Positions 1 to 7,478 of a stretch of 20,000 bases of DNA are shown here, piece after piece (positions within the stretch are counted from its first letter, which is position 1; every line of letters starts with the position of its first letter). The position numbers and the translations under genes are program-made. Origin of the DNA: an uncultured virus (IMG/VR IMGVR_UViG_3300044568_006268) (lineage: Duplodnaviria > Heunggongvirae > Uroviricota > Caudoviricetes); the IMG/VR virus record IMGVR_UViG_3300044568_006268, positions 109,488-129,487 of that record. The stretch is one strand, 5' to 3'. Under the pieces are notes generated by a model. That model was not told where the DNA came from. It made no database searches and saw only the letters and a list, made by a program, of their open reading frames with translations.

Positions 1-264
1 AGCAGTTTCCTTATAAATAATGAATGCATCTGGTTTGTGATCGGAATCTACGTCTTTTAGATAAGTAGCTTTATATTTCGTCTTTAATTCATGAGCATCA
101 TCAGCAGAAAAATCTAGACCTTCTTTAGAATATGTATCGGTGTACATTTTCCAAATTAAGTCTTCTGCCTCTTTATCTAATTTAGACATATCAATATTAA
201 CCCACTTACCAGTAGGAATCGACATTTCACTTACAAATTCGTTATATTTTTTAAATTGTGTCAT
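1..264 (-). CDS. Partial CDS (runs off the window edge); leader-tagged putative internal virion protein, MTQFKKYNEFVSEMSIPTGKWVNIDMSKLDKEAEDLIWKMYTDTYSKEG...
   Basis: Not in the ORF track; translated by hand. ATG at 264 overlaps the TGA of the upstream gene (ATGA), 88 open codons to position 1, and it starts with the shared leader. Confidence 0.85.
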   Translation of the reverse strand, partial: MTQFKKYNEFVSEMSIPTGKWVNIDMSKLDKEAEDLIWKMYTDTYSKEGLDFSADDAHELKTKYKATYLKDVDSDHKPDAFIIYKETA

Positions 265-731
265 TTTATTAGTTTTACCGATTTTTTAGGTTCAATTACA
301 ACTACATTAGTTGTACGTATATATTTGTTTCCTTTTACTGGATGACTTCCGGCATCCATAATATTTTGAAAGACTATTCCATCAAAACCTTTATCTATAG
401 CTGCTCTAACAAAATGGTCAGTCTTTATAGATTTAATTTCAGGATTTGGTTTGTATCTATCGAAATCTTCGGGTTTCATTCCTAATTTTTTAGCTTCGGC
501 TTTTGCAGCTATCTCAGGTAACCACCAACCTTCAGCTGAACTAAAATCTAAAGTAACAAATTTCTTAAGGATGATTTGATATGGTCCAGTAACCTTTCCG
601 TAAGATTGTGCTATTAATAAACTATCAGTAAAATATATTGGTTTGTTAAAATCTACATCTCCACCATGATACATCAAATCAAATTTTTCTGATTCGTTTA
701 AGAACTCGTCATATTTTTTAAATGTCGTCAT
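261..731 (-). CDS. Leader-tagged ADP-ribosyltransferase-like protein (ART-PolyVal-like)
   Basis: Leader MTTFKKYDEFLNE, then MYHGG...IYFTDS..IA.SYG...GFDGIVF.NI.D...VVVIEP, the HG/YFT/GxDG pattern of ART-fold domains of polyvalent proteins. Confidence 0.6.
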   Translation of the reverse strand: MTTFKKYDEFLNESEKFDLMYHGGDVDFNKPIYFTDSLLIAQSYGKVTGPYQIILKKFVTLDFSSAEGWWLPEIAAKAEAKKLGMKPEDFDRYKPNPEIKSIKTDHFVRAAIDKGFDGIVFQNIMDAGSHPVKGNKYIRTTNVVVIEPKKSVKLIK

Positions 732-1123
732 TAATCTCCAGTTCCTTTGTATATTATTTTAATTGCCTTAGCAGGAATATTTTCAAATGTAATTATACGT
801 TTGTCTTTCAAATCAAAATTTGGATCTACGTACCATATATTCTTAAGATTAGTTGTATCTATTTGATAGATGTCATCATCATAAGTTGAATCCCACCAAT
901 CTTTCTTATTATCACTATTAACTGCAAATATAACTTTGCCATCAATATTGGTGTCAGATAACCAAGTCTCACTTTTACCTTTAGTAATCAATCCTTCTTT
1001 AGAAATAATATTTCTATAATGAGGATTTGATGTATGATATAAGTATCTGTTTGGTTTTACTTCAATTAAGCGAGAATTAGCACTTTCATTTATCCATTTT
1101 TCGTATAGAGGCAAATTTCTCAT
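731..1123 (-). CDS. Leader-tagged ADP-ribosyltransferase-like protein (Tpt1/KptA NAD-binding or DarT-like His class)
   Basis: Leader MRNLPLYEKWINE; YLYHTS......ISKEGL near the N-terminus, IYQID in the middle and ENIPAKAI at the C-terminus match the Tpt1/KptA-like ART pattern (LYHxT...I...GL...IPxxxI). Confidence 0.6.
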   Translation of the reverse strand: MRNLPLYEKWINESANSRLIEVKPNRYLYHTSNPHYRNIISKEGLITKGKSETWLSDTNIDGKVIFAVNSDNKKDWWDSTYDDDIYQIDTTNLKNIWYVDPNFDLKDKRIITFENIPAKAIKIIYKGTGD

Positions 1124-1521
1124 ATCTTTGCTTTAAGTATTTTCATATTAATAGCCTTGTCTCCTTTTATGATTTGTGATGCTATTCGATGATGTCCATC
1201 AAAAACGATTACTGTTCCATTTTTAAATTGTACACCAGTAGGCATTTCGGTCTTTTTACTTTTTGAATATAAATTAACCGTAGTTGAATTCAAATAATCT
1301 TGATTTGGAACTATTTTGTTTATGTCTATAGATAAAGTTTTAGCTTTATCGAATGCCTTAATTTTTAAATTTGCGTTATCCTCTTCATCGTATCCTAATT
1401 CAGATCTCCAAAAATCCTTCATATCTAAATATGAATCCGTAGTCATCTTTTGTTTGAATACGTTTAACAATTTCGTATTATCCTCATTAAGCCAGTCTTC
1501 ATATATAGGCAAATTTCTCAT
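1120..1521 (-). CDS. Leader-tagged ParB/sulfiredoxin-like domain protein
   Basis: Leader MRNLPIYEDWLNE; IDINKIVPNQ...VIVFDGHHRIAS...G...I matches the ParB/Srx N-terminal DGHHR signature; no HTH follows. Confidence 0.7.
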   Translation of the reverse strand: MRNLPIYEDWLNEDNTKLLNVFKQKMTTDSYLDMKDFWRSELGYDEEDNANLKIKAFDKAKTLSIDINKIVPNQDYLNSTTVNLYSKSKKTEMPTGVQFKNGTVIVFDGHHRIASQIIKGDKAINMKILKAKI

Positions 1522-2603
1522 TACAGAAGATTCTTTTTAGCTCTTTTTATATATTCGGTAACTAAACCTCGGATTTTGTTCATTGCCGCTATTGCAGCCG
1601 GAGTTTCAGCCTTATTGAATTTAGGAGAGTTATAAGCTTCCATCATTCCTTTCTCATATTGTTTTACTACTGCCTGCATAAATTCTTTTGCCGACTTATA
1701 TTTTAAAACAGTACCAAATTCTCCTATTTGTTCAAGAGTATCAGCCACCGCTAATATTCCATCACACAAATCATCAAATGTAGGAGAATCAGGATTAACA
1801 CCTTTCCATTGTTGTAATGATTCAGAAGGCACAAAAGGCTTTCCAGGATTAGATTGGTCCCAAAAGAATCTAGCAATATCCATCATAAAAGTAGACGAAC
1901 TTAAAGTAATTAATCGATCTTCAACATTTGAACGTTTAGAATAAGGCACCATTAAATCACCTTGAAATCTTGCTCTAATTCCTCTTGGTTGTATTGAAAT
2001 TTCTAAAGCCTCACCGAATGACGAGTATAACTTACCAATTACAAATCCTTTAACGTTTTTCTCTGGAGTAAAACGGAAAACTGCCCATGATGAATATTCT
2101 TTATGAGTTACCACTAAGTCCACTTGCACATAACCTATTTCACCAGTTCTTAAAGGAACTGTTACTAATAATTTTAGAGATGCATCAGTAGAAATAGATT
2201 TTGTTTCTTCTACGTCTATACCTTCAGGTGTTTCAGCTTCTAGCCACATTAGCAGCTCTTGATTATACAATTTAACAGTAGCAATCTCATCAGCTCGTGG
2301 ATCTTTACTTGTAAGTTTAAGTACCGGATATGCGATCATGTAATCTACATCTCCGTATAATTTTTCAGGTTGATTTTTTAAATCATCTTCCCACCAAGTA
2401 CCAGATCCTATAGGCTTCAAAAAGTCTAAAGATGGTAATTCCAATTCTCGTAAATGTCCATTGAAATCTTCGGAAATCCTAGCTACGACCTTCGTTACTT
2501 TTTGGATAACGTCTGGAGTTAAAGGAGTTTCCTGAGTTTTAGTAGTTGACCAACCGCCTTCGTTGATAGTCAACCATTCGTTATATAGTTGTAAGTTTCT
2601 CAT
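1521..2603 (-). CDS. Leader-tagged Pol-beta superfamily nucleotidyltransferase
   Basis: Leader MRNLQLYNEWLTINE; PIGSG...YGDVDY and a downstream VQVDLV give the GS / DxD / third-Asp catalytic arrangement. Confidence 0.7.
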   Translation of the reverse strand: MRNLQLYNEWLTINEGGWSTTKTQETPLTPDVIQKVTKVVARISEDFNGHLRELELPSLDFLKPIGSGTWWEDDLKNQPEKLYGDVDYMIAYPVLKLTSKDPRADEIATVKLYNQELLMWLEAETPEGIDVEETKSISTDASLKLLVTVPLRTGEIGYVQVDLVVTHKEYSSWAVFRFTPEKNVKGFVIGKLYSSFGEALEISIQPRGIRARFQGDLMVPYSKRSNVEDRLITLSSSTFMMDIARFFWDQSNPGKPFVPSESLQQWKGVNPDSPTFDDLCDGILAVADTLEQIGEFGTVLKYKSAKEFMQAVVKQYEKGMMEAYNSPKFNKAETPAAIAAMNKIRGLVTEYIKRAKKNLL

Positions 2604-2610
2604 AATTTTG

Positions 2611-2976
2611 TTATTCTATTAACTTTTCTACATAAGTGCAGGTTTCTCCTGCATCAAATCCCTTTTCGATAAGTAGTGATAGTGAGGCCGGTTTACACCA
2701 AGCATATACAAGCCAACCTGAATATTTACTTTGTACGTATTCCCATCGAGTATTCCAAAGTTTTCTAAAGATTCCTTTTCTTCTATGCTCTTCTTGTACC
2801 CAGGCATCTAAGAATTTAATCTTCTGATCCTTTTCTCTTTCCATATAGATATGGCCTACAATATCACCATTTATCATTGCAATCCAAGTTTCTAATTGCT
2901 GGGCATTGCTCTTTAGGTGAATTATTTTTATATCTTCTATAAAAGAATTCGATACTTCATTCAAAACATTACTCAT
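2611..2976 (-). CDS. GNAT-family acetyltransferase
   Basis: WVQEEHRRKGIFRKL acetyl-CoA binding motif A and SLLIEKGF motif B; the N-terminus MSNVLNE keeps a truncated leader. Confidence 0.8.
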   Translation of the reverse strand: MSNVLNEVSNSFIEDIKIIHLKSNAQQLETWIAMINGDIVGHIYMEREKDQKIKFLDAWVQEEHRRKGIFRKLWNTRWEYVQSKYSGWLVYAWCKPASLSLLIEKGFDAGETCTYVEKLIE

Positions 2977-2992
2977 TATATTTATAAGTTTC

Positions 2993-3289
2993 TCATATTG
3001 CAGGTAAAGACAAATCTAATGTTTCTGGTATGTGTTTATATTTGTTGTAAACGTTATTAGACACTATGTAGGATTTGATAAATCTTTCCATTTCTGCAAT
3101 ACTACCAAAGGTATGACCTCCGAAATCGATATCAATTCCTTTATAAAATGGAGTATAATTTGCAACAGTACGACCAGCTTGTTTTTGCTCTCTTTGTTTT
3201 TTCCAAATAATTCCGTCATTACCTTTTACTTCATCTGGCCATTTAGTAGATTCGTTAAGAAACTCGTCGTATTTTTTAAATTGTGTCAT
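2993..3289 (-). CDS. Leader-tagged hypothetical protein
   Basis: Leader MTQFKKYDEFLNE; packed in the operon. Confidence 0.75.
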   Translation of the reverse strand: MTQFKKYDEFLNESTKWPDEVKGNDGIIWKKQREQKQAGRTVANYTPFYKGIDIDFGGHTFGSIAEMERFIKSYIVSNNVYNKYKHIPETLDLSLPAI

Positions 3290-3290
3290 A

Positions 3291-4034
3291 TTATTTAGTA
3301 TTTCTTTTTAACCACTGATTAAATGATTCGGTTATTTTAGTTAGGGTTGCTTTATACGTAGCCTTAAAATCTTTTGGTTCTTGAATATAACCTTCGGCAG
3401 TTTCGTCATGTAAATCAGAAGTCCATTGCCAATGAAAACATAATTCATTAGGCACATCAAATCCATAAAATTTAAGGACTTGCTTTTGTTTTTCTAATTC
3501 CGTACCGCCATTCCAATTGTGACCAGTTAAAACAATACCAGCTAATTTACCTTCTAAAATATTATTTTCTTCTAGGGTAGTCCATCGATTTTCTAACCAA
3601 TTTAAGCGTTCGATTAGTTTTTGATAGACTGCGTTAACTGAACCCCATCGAATCGAACCTAAAAATATAACGGCATCAGCTTCTAATAAAGGTTTGCTCA
3701 CTTTCCAAAGTTCATCGTCTTTGTGATTAATAGAAGCCCAACAACGATGACATCCACTCGGATTTTTAGTTGCATCTTTTAGTATGGAATCTTTTACTCC
3801 ACATGAATTTCCTTTTGAAGTAGAAACATTACCTTCGCATTGATAGATGTGCAATTTAGTAACGTCGACAATTTCGCAAGTAGATGAACCTAATTCATCT
3901 TGAATCATTTGTGCCAATTGAGAGGACTTAGGAATATCATCACTACCTTCCCATCGAGTCGATGTGGTAAGTAGGAGTACCTTCTTTCCTCTGAGATGAG
4001 TGGTCAATCTTTGTAAATCGTGGTTGCTATTCAT
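3291..4034 (-). CDS. Flavodoxin-like NAD(P)H-dependent FMN reductase / iron-sulfur flavoprotein-like protein
   Basis: KVLLLTTSTR phosphate loop, LLEADAVIFLGSIRWG, QKLIERL, LEGKLAGIVLTG; Cys cluster CEGNVS..CG..CHRC. The C-terminus ITESFNQWL resembles the shared leader. Confidence 0.8.
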   Translation of the reverse strand: MNSNHDLQRLTTHLRGKKVLLLTTSTRWEGSDDIPKSSQLAQMIQDELGSSTCEIVDVTKLHIYQCEGNVSTSKGNSCGVKDSILKDATKNPSGCHRCWASINHKDDELWKVSKPLLEADAVIFLGSIRWGSVNAVYQKLIERLNWLENRWTTLEENNILEGKLAGIVLTGHNWNGGTELEKQKQVLKFYGFDVPNELCFHWQWTSDLHDETAEGYIQEPKDFKATYKATLTKITESFNQWLKRNTK

Positions 4035-4035
4035 A

Positions 4036-4686
4036 TTATTTAGATGTCCAAACTACTCCACCACCACCATCTTCGATATGGAATTTAGCTTTTGGATATT
4101 TTCTTTTCATGTCTTCGTATTTAGCCGGAATCAAGTCTCGGATTTTAATGTCATTTGATTGACCAACTACCTTTCCATATTCTAAAGCAACAATAGACCA
4201 AGGTCCGTTATCACCAGTTTTTACGCCTTTCATCATCACTGCCCAAACTCCTTCGTTAACAACAGATTCGTTACGCATATCTGCTAGATATGCATCGGTT
4301 AAATCGGTTATTAGGTCTAGCAATTCGTTTTTCTTATTAATATTTAACCCGGCCATATCGATAATATCATCGATTTCCTTTGCAACCTCTTTTACCTCTT
4401 TATCAGAGTTTCTATAATAATCGGTTAGAGACATTGCCTCATTAATAGAAGATTCATTATAAGGAATTACTCCTAATTTTTGATCGGCTTTAGCGATCAT
4501 ATCCTCTACCTTTTTACAAGCAGATTGAATGCCTTTTAAAGCAACAATCCATTTAGGAGCTGATATGTCCTTCTTTAATAGCTCATCGATTTTATCTTGA
4601 AGGTTAGTTATGTCACTCCCAATTTCATCAAAAATAAAATATTGACCTTCGTTTAAGAATTCTTCGTATGTTTGTAAGTTTTTCAT
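4036..4686 (-). CDS. Leader-tagged multi-segment hypothetical protein
   Basis: Leader MKNLQTYEEFLNE; internal YNESSINE and RNESVVNE linkers divide it into three segments. Confidence 0.75.
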   Translation of the reverse strand: MKNLQTYEEFLNEGQYFIFDEIGSDITNLQDKIDELLKKDISAPKWIVALKGIQSACKKVEDMIAKADQKLGVIPYNESSINEAMSLTDYYRNSDKEVKEVAKEIDDIIDMAGLNINKKNELLDLITDLTDAYLADMRNESVVNEGVWAVMMKGVKTGDNGPWSIVALEYGKVVGQSNDIKIRDLIPAKYEDMKRKYPKAKFHIEDGGGGVVWTSK

Positions 4687-5084
4687 TATTTGTAATTTTT
4701 ATTTAAGTACCAATTAATATCCTCTTTAGCATAACCTAAAAGCTCGCCAATTCTTTTGCTCTCCTGTTTAGTAGCCTCATATGATAAATATCCGCCATAT
4801 TTATTAGCAATCTTTGCTAATTCTTTAGCTTTTTTCTCGGCACCTTTATTAAAATAAATATAAGCGTCGAATGGATTTCCTGGTAATTTGATTGTTCCTA
4901 AGTTGTGAGTCTTAACCAAATCCCAAAATTCATCTATACTTAAATCAACTGTGGTTTTTAAAGTAATAAATCCTAAATCTCTCTTTCCGTCTATAACAGT
5001 TTGTACCGCACTTTTATCTCGGTGGGCTTCTTCTGCCTTAATAGTTTCGTTTACGAATTCGTCGTATGTAGGAATGTGTTTCAT
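4686..5084 (-). CDS. Leader-tagged hypothetical protein
   Basis: Leader MKHIPTYDEFVNE; TAATG coupling at both ends. Confidence 0.75.
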   Translation of the reverse strand: MKHIPTYDEFVNETIKAEEAHRDKSAVQTVIDGKRDLGFITLKTTVDLSIDEFWDLVKTHNLGTIKLPGNPFDAYIYFNKGAEKKAKELAKIANKYGGYLSYEATKQESKRIGELLGYAKEDINWYLNKNYK

Positions 5085-5623
5085 TATATTTTTCCGGCTT
5101 TTACTCTATCTCTAGAAACGCTGTTGATGTATTTTAATTCATCTGCATTTAGTTTAGGAGCAATTAGTTTTTTCCATTGACCTTCTTGTTTAGCTCTTGG
5201 TAATTGCAAAAATTCAATAACGTCTTGGTCATCTTTTAACTTGCTAATTATCGATTGGACTGCTTTATCTCGCCAATGTTCTTTCCACCACATTTTCAAA
5301 TCATCAACTGGGTGAAAATCTACTCTATTAGCTAACAGTGCAATTTGTCCTCCAATTGCAGCAGCCTGTAACATAAGGATTGCAGTCATTGCATCTTCAT
5401 TTAAGAATTCTTCGGATTCTTTTAAATATCCTTCGTCACTCCAACCAGCTATAAAAGAGATATCTCCTTTTGCTCGGCCTTCTAAAAATTTCACCTTTGT
5501 ATTTTGATTTTTACCTAAATCAATAACTTCAAATTTACCTAATTTAGGGTGAGTGTAAATTTTGCCAACGATAAAATTAGATTTCTCGTTTAAGAATTCC
5601 TCGTATGTTTGTAAGTTTCTCAT
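5084..5623 (-). CDS. Leader-tagged two-segment protein (N-terminal segment Tudor/KOW-like)
   Basis: Leader MRNLQTYEEFLNE, internal repeat LKESEEFLNE; first segment FIVGKIYTHPKLGKFEVIDL...VKF. Confidence 0.7.
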   Translation of the reverse strand: MRNLQTYEEFLNEKSNFIVGKIYTHPKLGKFEVIDLGKNQNTKVKFLEGRAKGDISFIAGWSDEGYLKESEEFLNEDAMTAILMLQAAAIGGQIALLANRVDFHPVDDLKMWWKEHWRDKAVQSIISKLKDDQDVIEFLQLPRAKQEGQWKKLIAPKLNADELKYINSVSRDRVKAGKI

Positions 5624-5757
5624 TATCTTCCTTGTCCTTTGTATTTTTTAGGCTTTTCTTCTTTAGGCCCAAAGTGTTTTTTGGCTTTGCCAGTACTCTT
5701 CGTTTTAGTTATCTTAACCGAAGTAGTTGTAGTTGATTTGCTTTTAGTAGCGGCCAT
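5623..5757 (-). CDS. Small basic protein, 44 aa, MAATKSKSTTTTSVKITKTKSTGKAKKHFGPKEEKPKKYKGQGR
   Basis: Translated by hand (below the track cutoff). Its TAA overlaps the next ATG (TAATG). The C-terminal KKYKGQGR resembles the YRGQGR-ending small basic proteins of T4-like myoviruses. Confidence 0.75.
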   Translation of the reverse strand: MAATKSKSTTTTSVKITKTKSTGKAKKHFGPKEEKPKKYKGQGR

Positions 5758-5803
5758 GGTGTTACATGATATTTTTATTTTTGCGTTTTATTCATTTAGA
5801 GTT

Positions 5804-5897
5804 CACCAGATAAACGATTTACTGGTGTTATAATACCTACTAACCAGAGAACAATTTTTAAACGTGGATTACACGATTTCTCTTACTAATCAGTGGT
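5804..5897 (-). ncRNA. Candidate structured RNA element (two stem-loops) in the only sizeable gap of the array
   Basis: Minus-strand ACCACUGAUUA..GAGAA (5897-5878) pairs with UUCUCUGGUUAGUAGGU (5851-5835) using 3 G-U pairs; inner CGUG/CACG stem; second hairpin CACCAG..CUGGUG (5827-5804). Confidence 0.35.
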
Positions 5898-5898
5898 T

Positions 5899-6315
5899 TT
5901 ATTGTATGTCTTCTTTTCTGTATTCTGGTGCAATTGTTGCAGCCGGTAATTGAGTAGCTAAATCAGTCGTACCTTCATTAACCGTAGCCTTATAACCAAA
6001 TTTTGATCGTAAAGCTTTAATTGCGGCAATAGCCTTTGCTTCATCTTCGAAGGAGTCGTCCATAAAAATAGAAATTTGTTCAGGTGCTAAATCTTCAGCA
6101 CCGTTTTTCATTTTTAAAGGCGATATAGTAACATTAACAATAGCGGCAAAGTTATTTCTCATTGTTCCCGCAACTCCACCCTCAACAACTACACATTGAT
6201 TTTCATCGAAGTGTAGTGCGTCTTTCCAACATGATTTCCATGTCTTATTAGCCGGAGTAGCTGATTGAAATTTAGCACCATCAGCTAAAAATTCGTTTAG
6301 AGATTCATGTAACAT
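5899..6315 (-). CDS. Leader-tagged hypothetical protein
   Basis: Leader variant MLHESLNEFL; TVNEG near the C-terminus. Confidence 0.75.
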   Translation of the reverse strand: MLHESLNEFLADGAKFQSATPANKTWKSCWKDALHFDENQCVVVEGGVAGTMRNNFAAIVNVTISPLKMKNGAEDLAPEQISIFMDDSFEDEAKAIAAIKALRSKFGYKATVNEGTTDLATQLPAATIAPEYRKEDIQ

Positions 6316-6318
6316 AAT

Positions 6319-6654
6319 CTATTTAGGTGACCATTCTTTTTTGTCAAAATCTTCGATGTTTAACATGGCTTGTATCGACTTTTCAAAATGAATATTTACT
6401 CGACCCCAAAAAAATCCAGTAGTAGGAGCAAATTCCGTATTCCAAAATTTACGATCTCTCAATCTATCCAAACAATCTTTTGTAACTCCTTTTGGATCGT
6501 CATAGACGATATTAAGATAGCCATTTACATCCTCAGTTCTAAACTTAATTTTACTAGAAAATCCATGTAAAGCTTGTAAGATGTCAATTAAATCATTTGC
6601 AGTTCCTCTACCTTCATTTAAGAAAGTTTCTAGTGATTCGTGTAATGAGCTCAT
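6319..6654 (-). CDS. Leader-tagged hypothetical protein
   Basis: Leader variant MSSLHESLETFLNE. Confidence 0.75.
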   Translation of the reverse strand: MSSLHESLETFLNEGRGTANDLIDILQALHGFSSKIKFRTEDVNGYLNIVYDDPKGVTKDCLDRLRDRKFWNTEFAPTTGFFWGRVNIHFEKSIQAMLNIEDFDKKEWSPK

Positions 6655-7091
6655 TATTTGATGTATTTTTTTCTAATAATTTCCTCAGCCTTTTCAATCT
6701 CTTTCGGAGACCAACCATAGAGCTTACCTATCTCGGTGGCAACCTCTAATGGGTCGTCTGAAGTCTTAAATTGATTGATGTGCATTTTAATGGTTGCATC
6801 ATTTACCGGTTGTTTGCTCTCATTTAAGAAGGCTTCAAAGCTTTCCATAAGATTACTTGATTCGCTCACTTCTGCTTCATATACAGTTCCTATTACATCA
6901 CTAGCATTACTAAATTTCTTAATGTGACTACTCACATCCTTTAGCTTTTTGATAATAGCATCTAATTCTTTAGGGTCAACATCATTACCGGAAGTAACTC
7001 GATCGGTAAATACATTTAACTTTATGCGAGCTACGAATAGTTCGGTTTTGACTACATCTTTCGGTAATCGATAGAAAGTTCCTTCGTTCAT
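6654..7091 (-). CDS. Hypothetical two-segment protein with an internal leader motif (start revised to 7091, MNEGTFY...)
   Basis: The track start at 7148 overlaps the upstream gene by 53 nt; the ATG at 7091 lies 4 nt after its stop. Internal motif SESSNLMESFEAFLNE. Confidence 0.7.
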   Translation of the reverse strand: MNEGTFYRLPKDVVKTELFVARIKLNVFTDRVTSGNDVDPKELDAIIKKLKDVSSHIKKFSNASDVIGTVYEAEVSESSNLMESFEAFLNESKQPVNDATIKMHINQFKTSDDPLEVATEIGKLYGWSPKEIEKAEEIIRKKYIK

Positions 7092-7095
7092 AATA

Positions 7096-7476
7096 TTATT
7101 TCTTGCTCCAAAGTAAATCTGAAAAATCCGAGTACATGTACTTGTCAATTAGAGAATTCTCTAGTTTTTTAAATTTTTGTTGTTGGTCAGCTTTACCTAA
7201 ATAAGGATTTCCTTCGGTTTGAAGTTTTATCTGATGAGTTAATTCATGTAAGATAGCTTGTTCCGGATCAACCATTCTCGACAAATCAAATGAGATATAA
7301 AGAGCTTGATTTGTCTTAGCATTGTAAGAAGTACATGCACCACCATGAGCAACCTTTTCAAATTTCAAAGGTAATTCCTTAACTCTCTCAGCTTTACATA
7401 CCGCAGAATAGTAAGCCTTAACATTAGCTTGACTAACGGCTTCATTAAGAAACTCTTCTAATGATTCGTGTAACAT
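7096..7476 (-). CDS. Leader-tagged zincin-like (HExxH) metallopeptidase domain protein
   Basis: Leader MLHESLEEFLNE; AILHELTHQ motif preceded by GGAC..Y...LYISF, as in SprT/YgjP-like zincins. Confidence 0.6.
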   Translation of the reverse strand: MLHESLEEFLNEAVSQANVKAYYSAVCKAERVKELPLKFEKVAHGGACTSYNAKTNQALYISFDLSRMVDPEQAILHELTHQIKLQTEGNPYLGKADQQQKFKKLENSLIDKYMYSDFSDLLWSKK

Positions 7477-7478
7477 AA

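Noticed and set aside
1120..2603. parABS partition locus or CBASS operon
   Set aside because: No ParA, HTH or Cap effector; both genes carry the shared leader and sit among unrelated cargo genes.
2979..2986. Perfect T4 late promoter TATAAATA on the minus strand
   Set aside because: Only 2 nt from the GNAT ATG, too close to drive it; better explained as part of the decayed leader or as chance in AT-rich DNA.
1316..6570. Plus-strand track ORFs 1316-1540, 2636-2827, 3032-3298, 5639-5833 and 6370-6570
   Set aside because: Antisense shadows of well-supported minus-strand genes, with no motifs.
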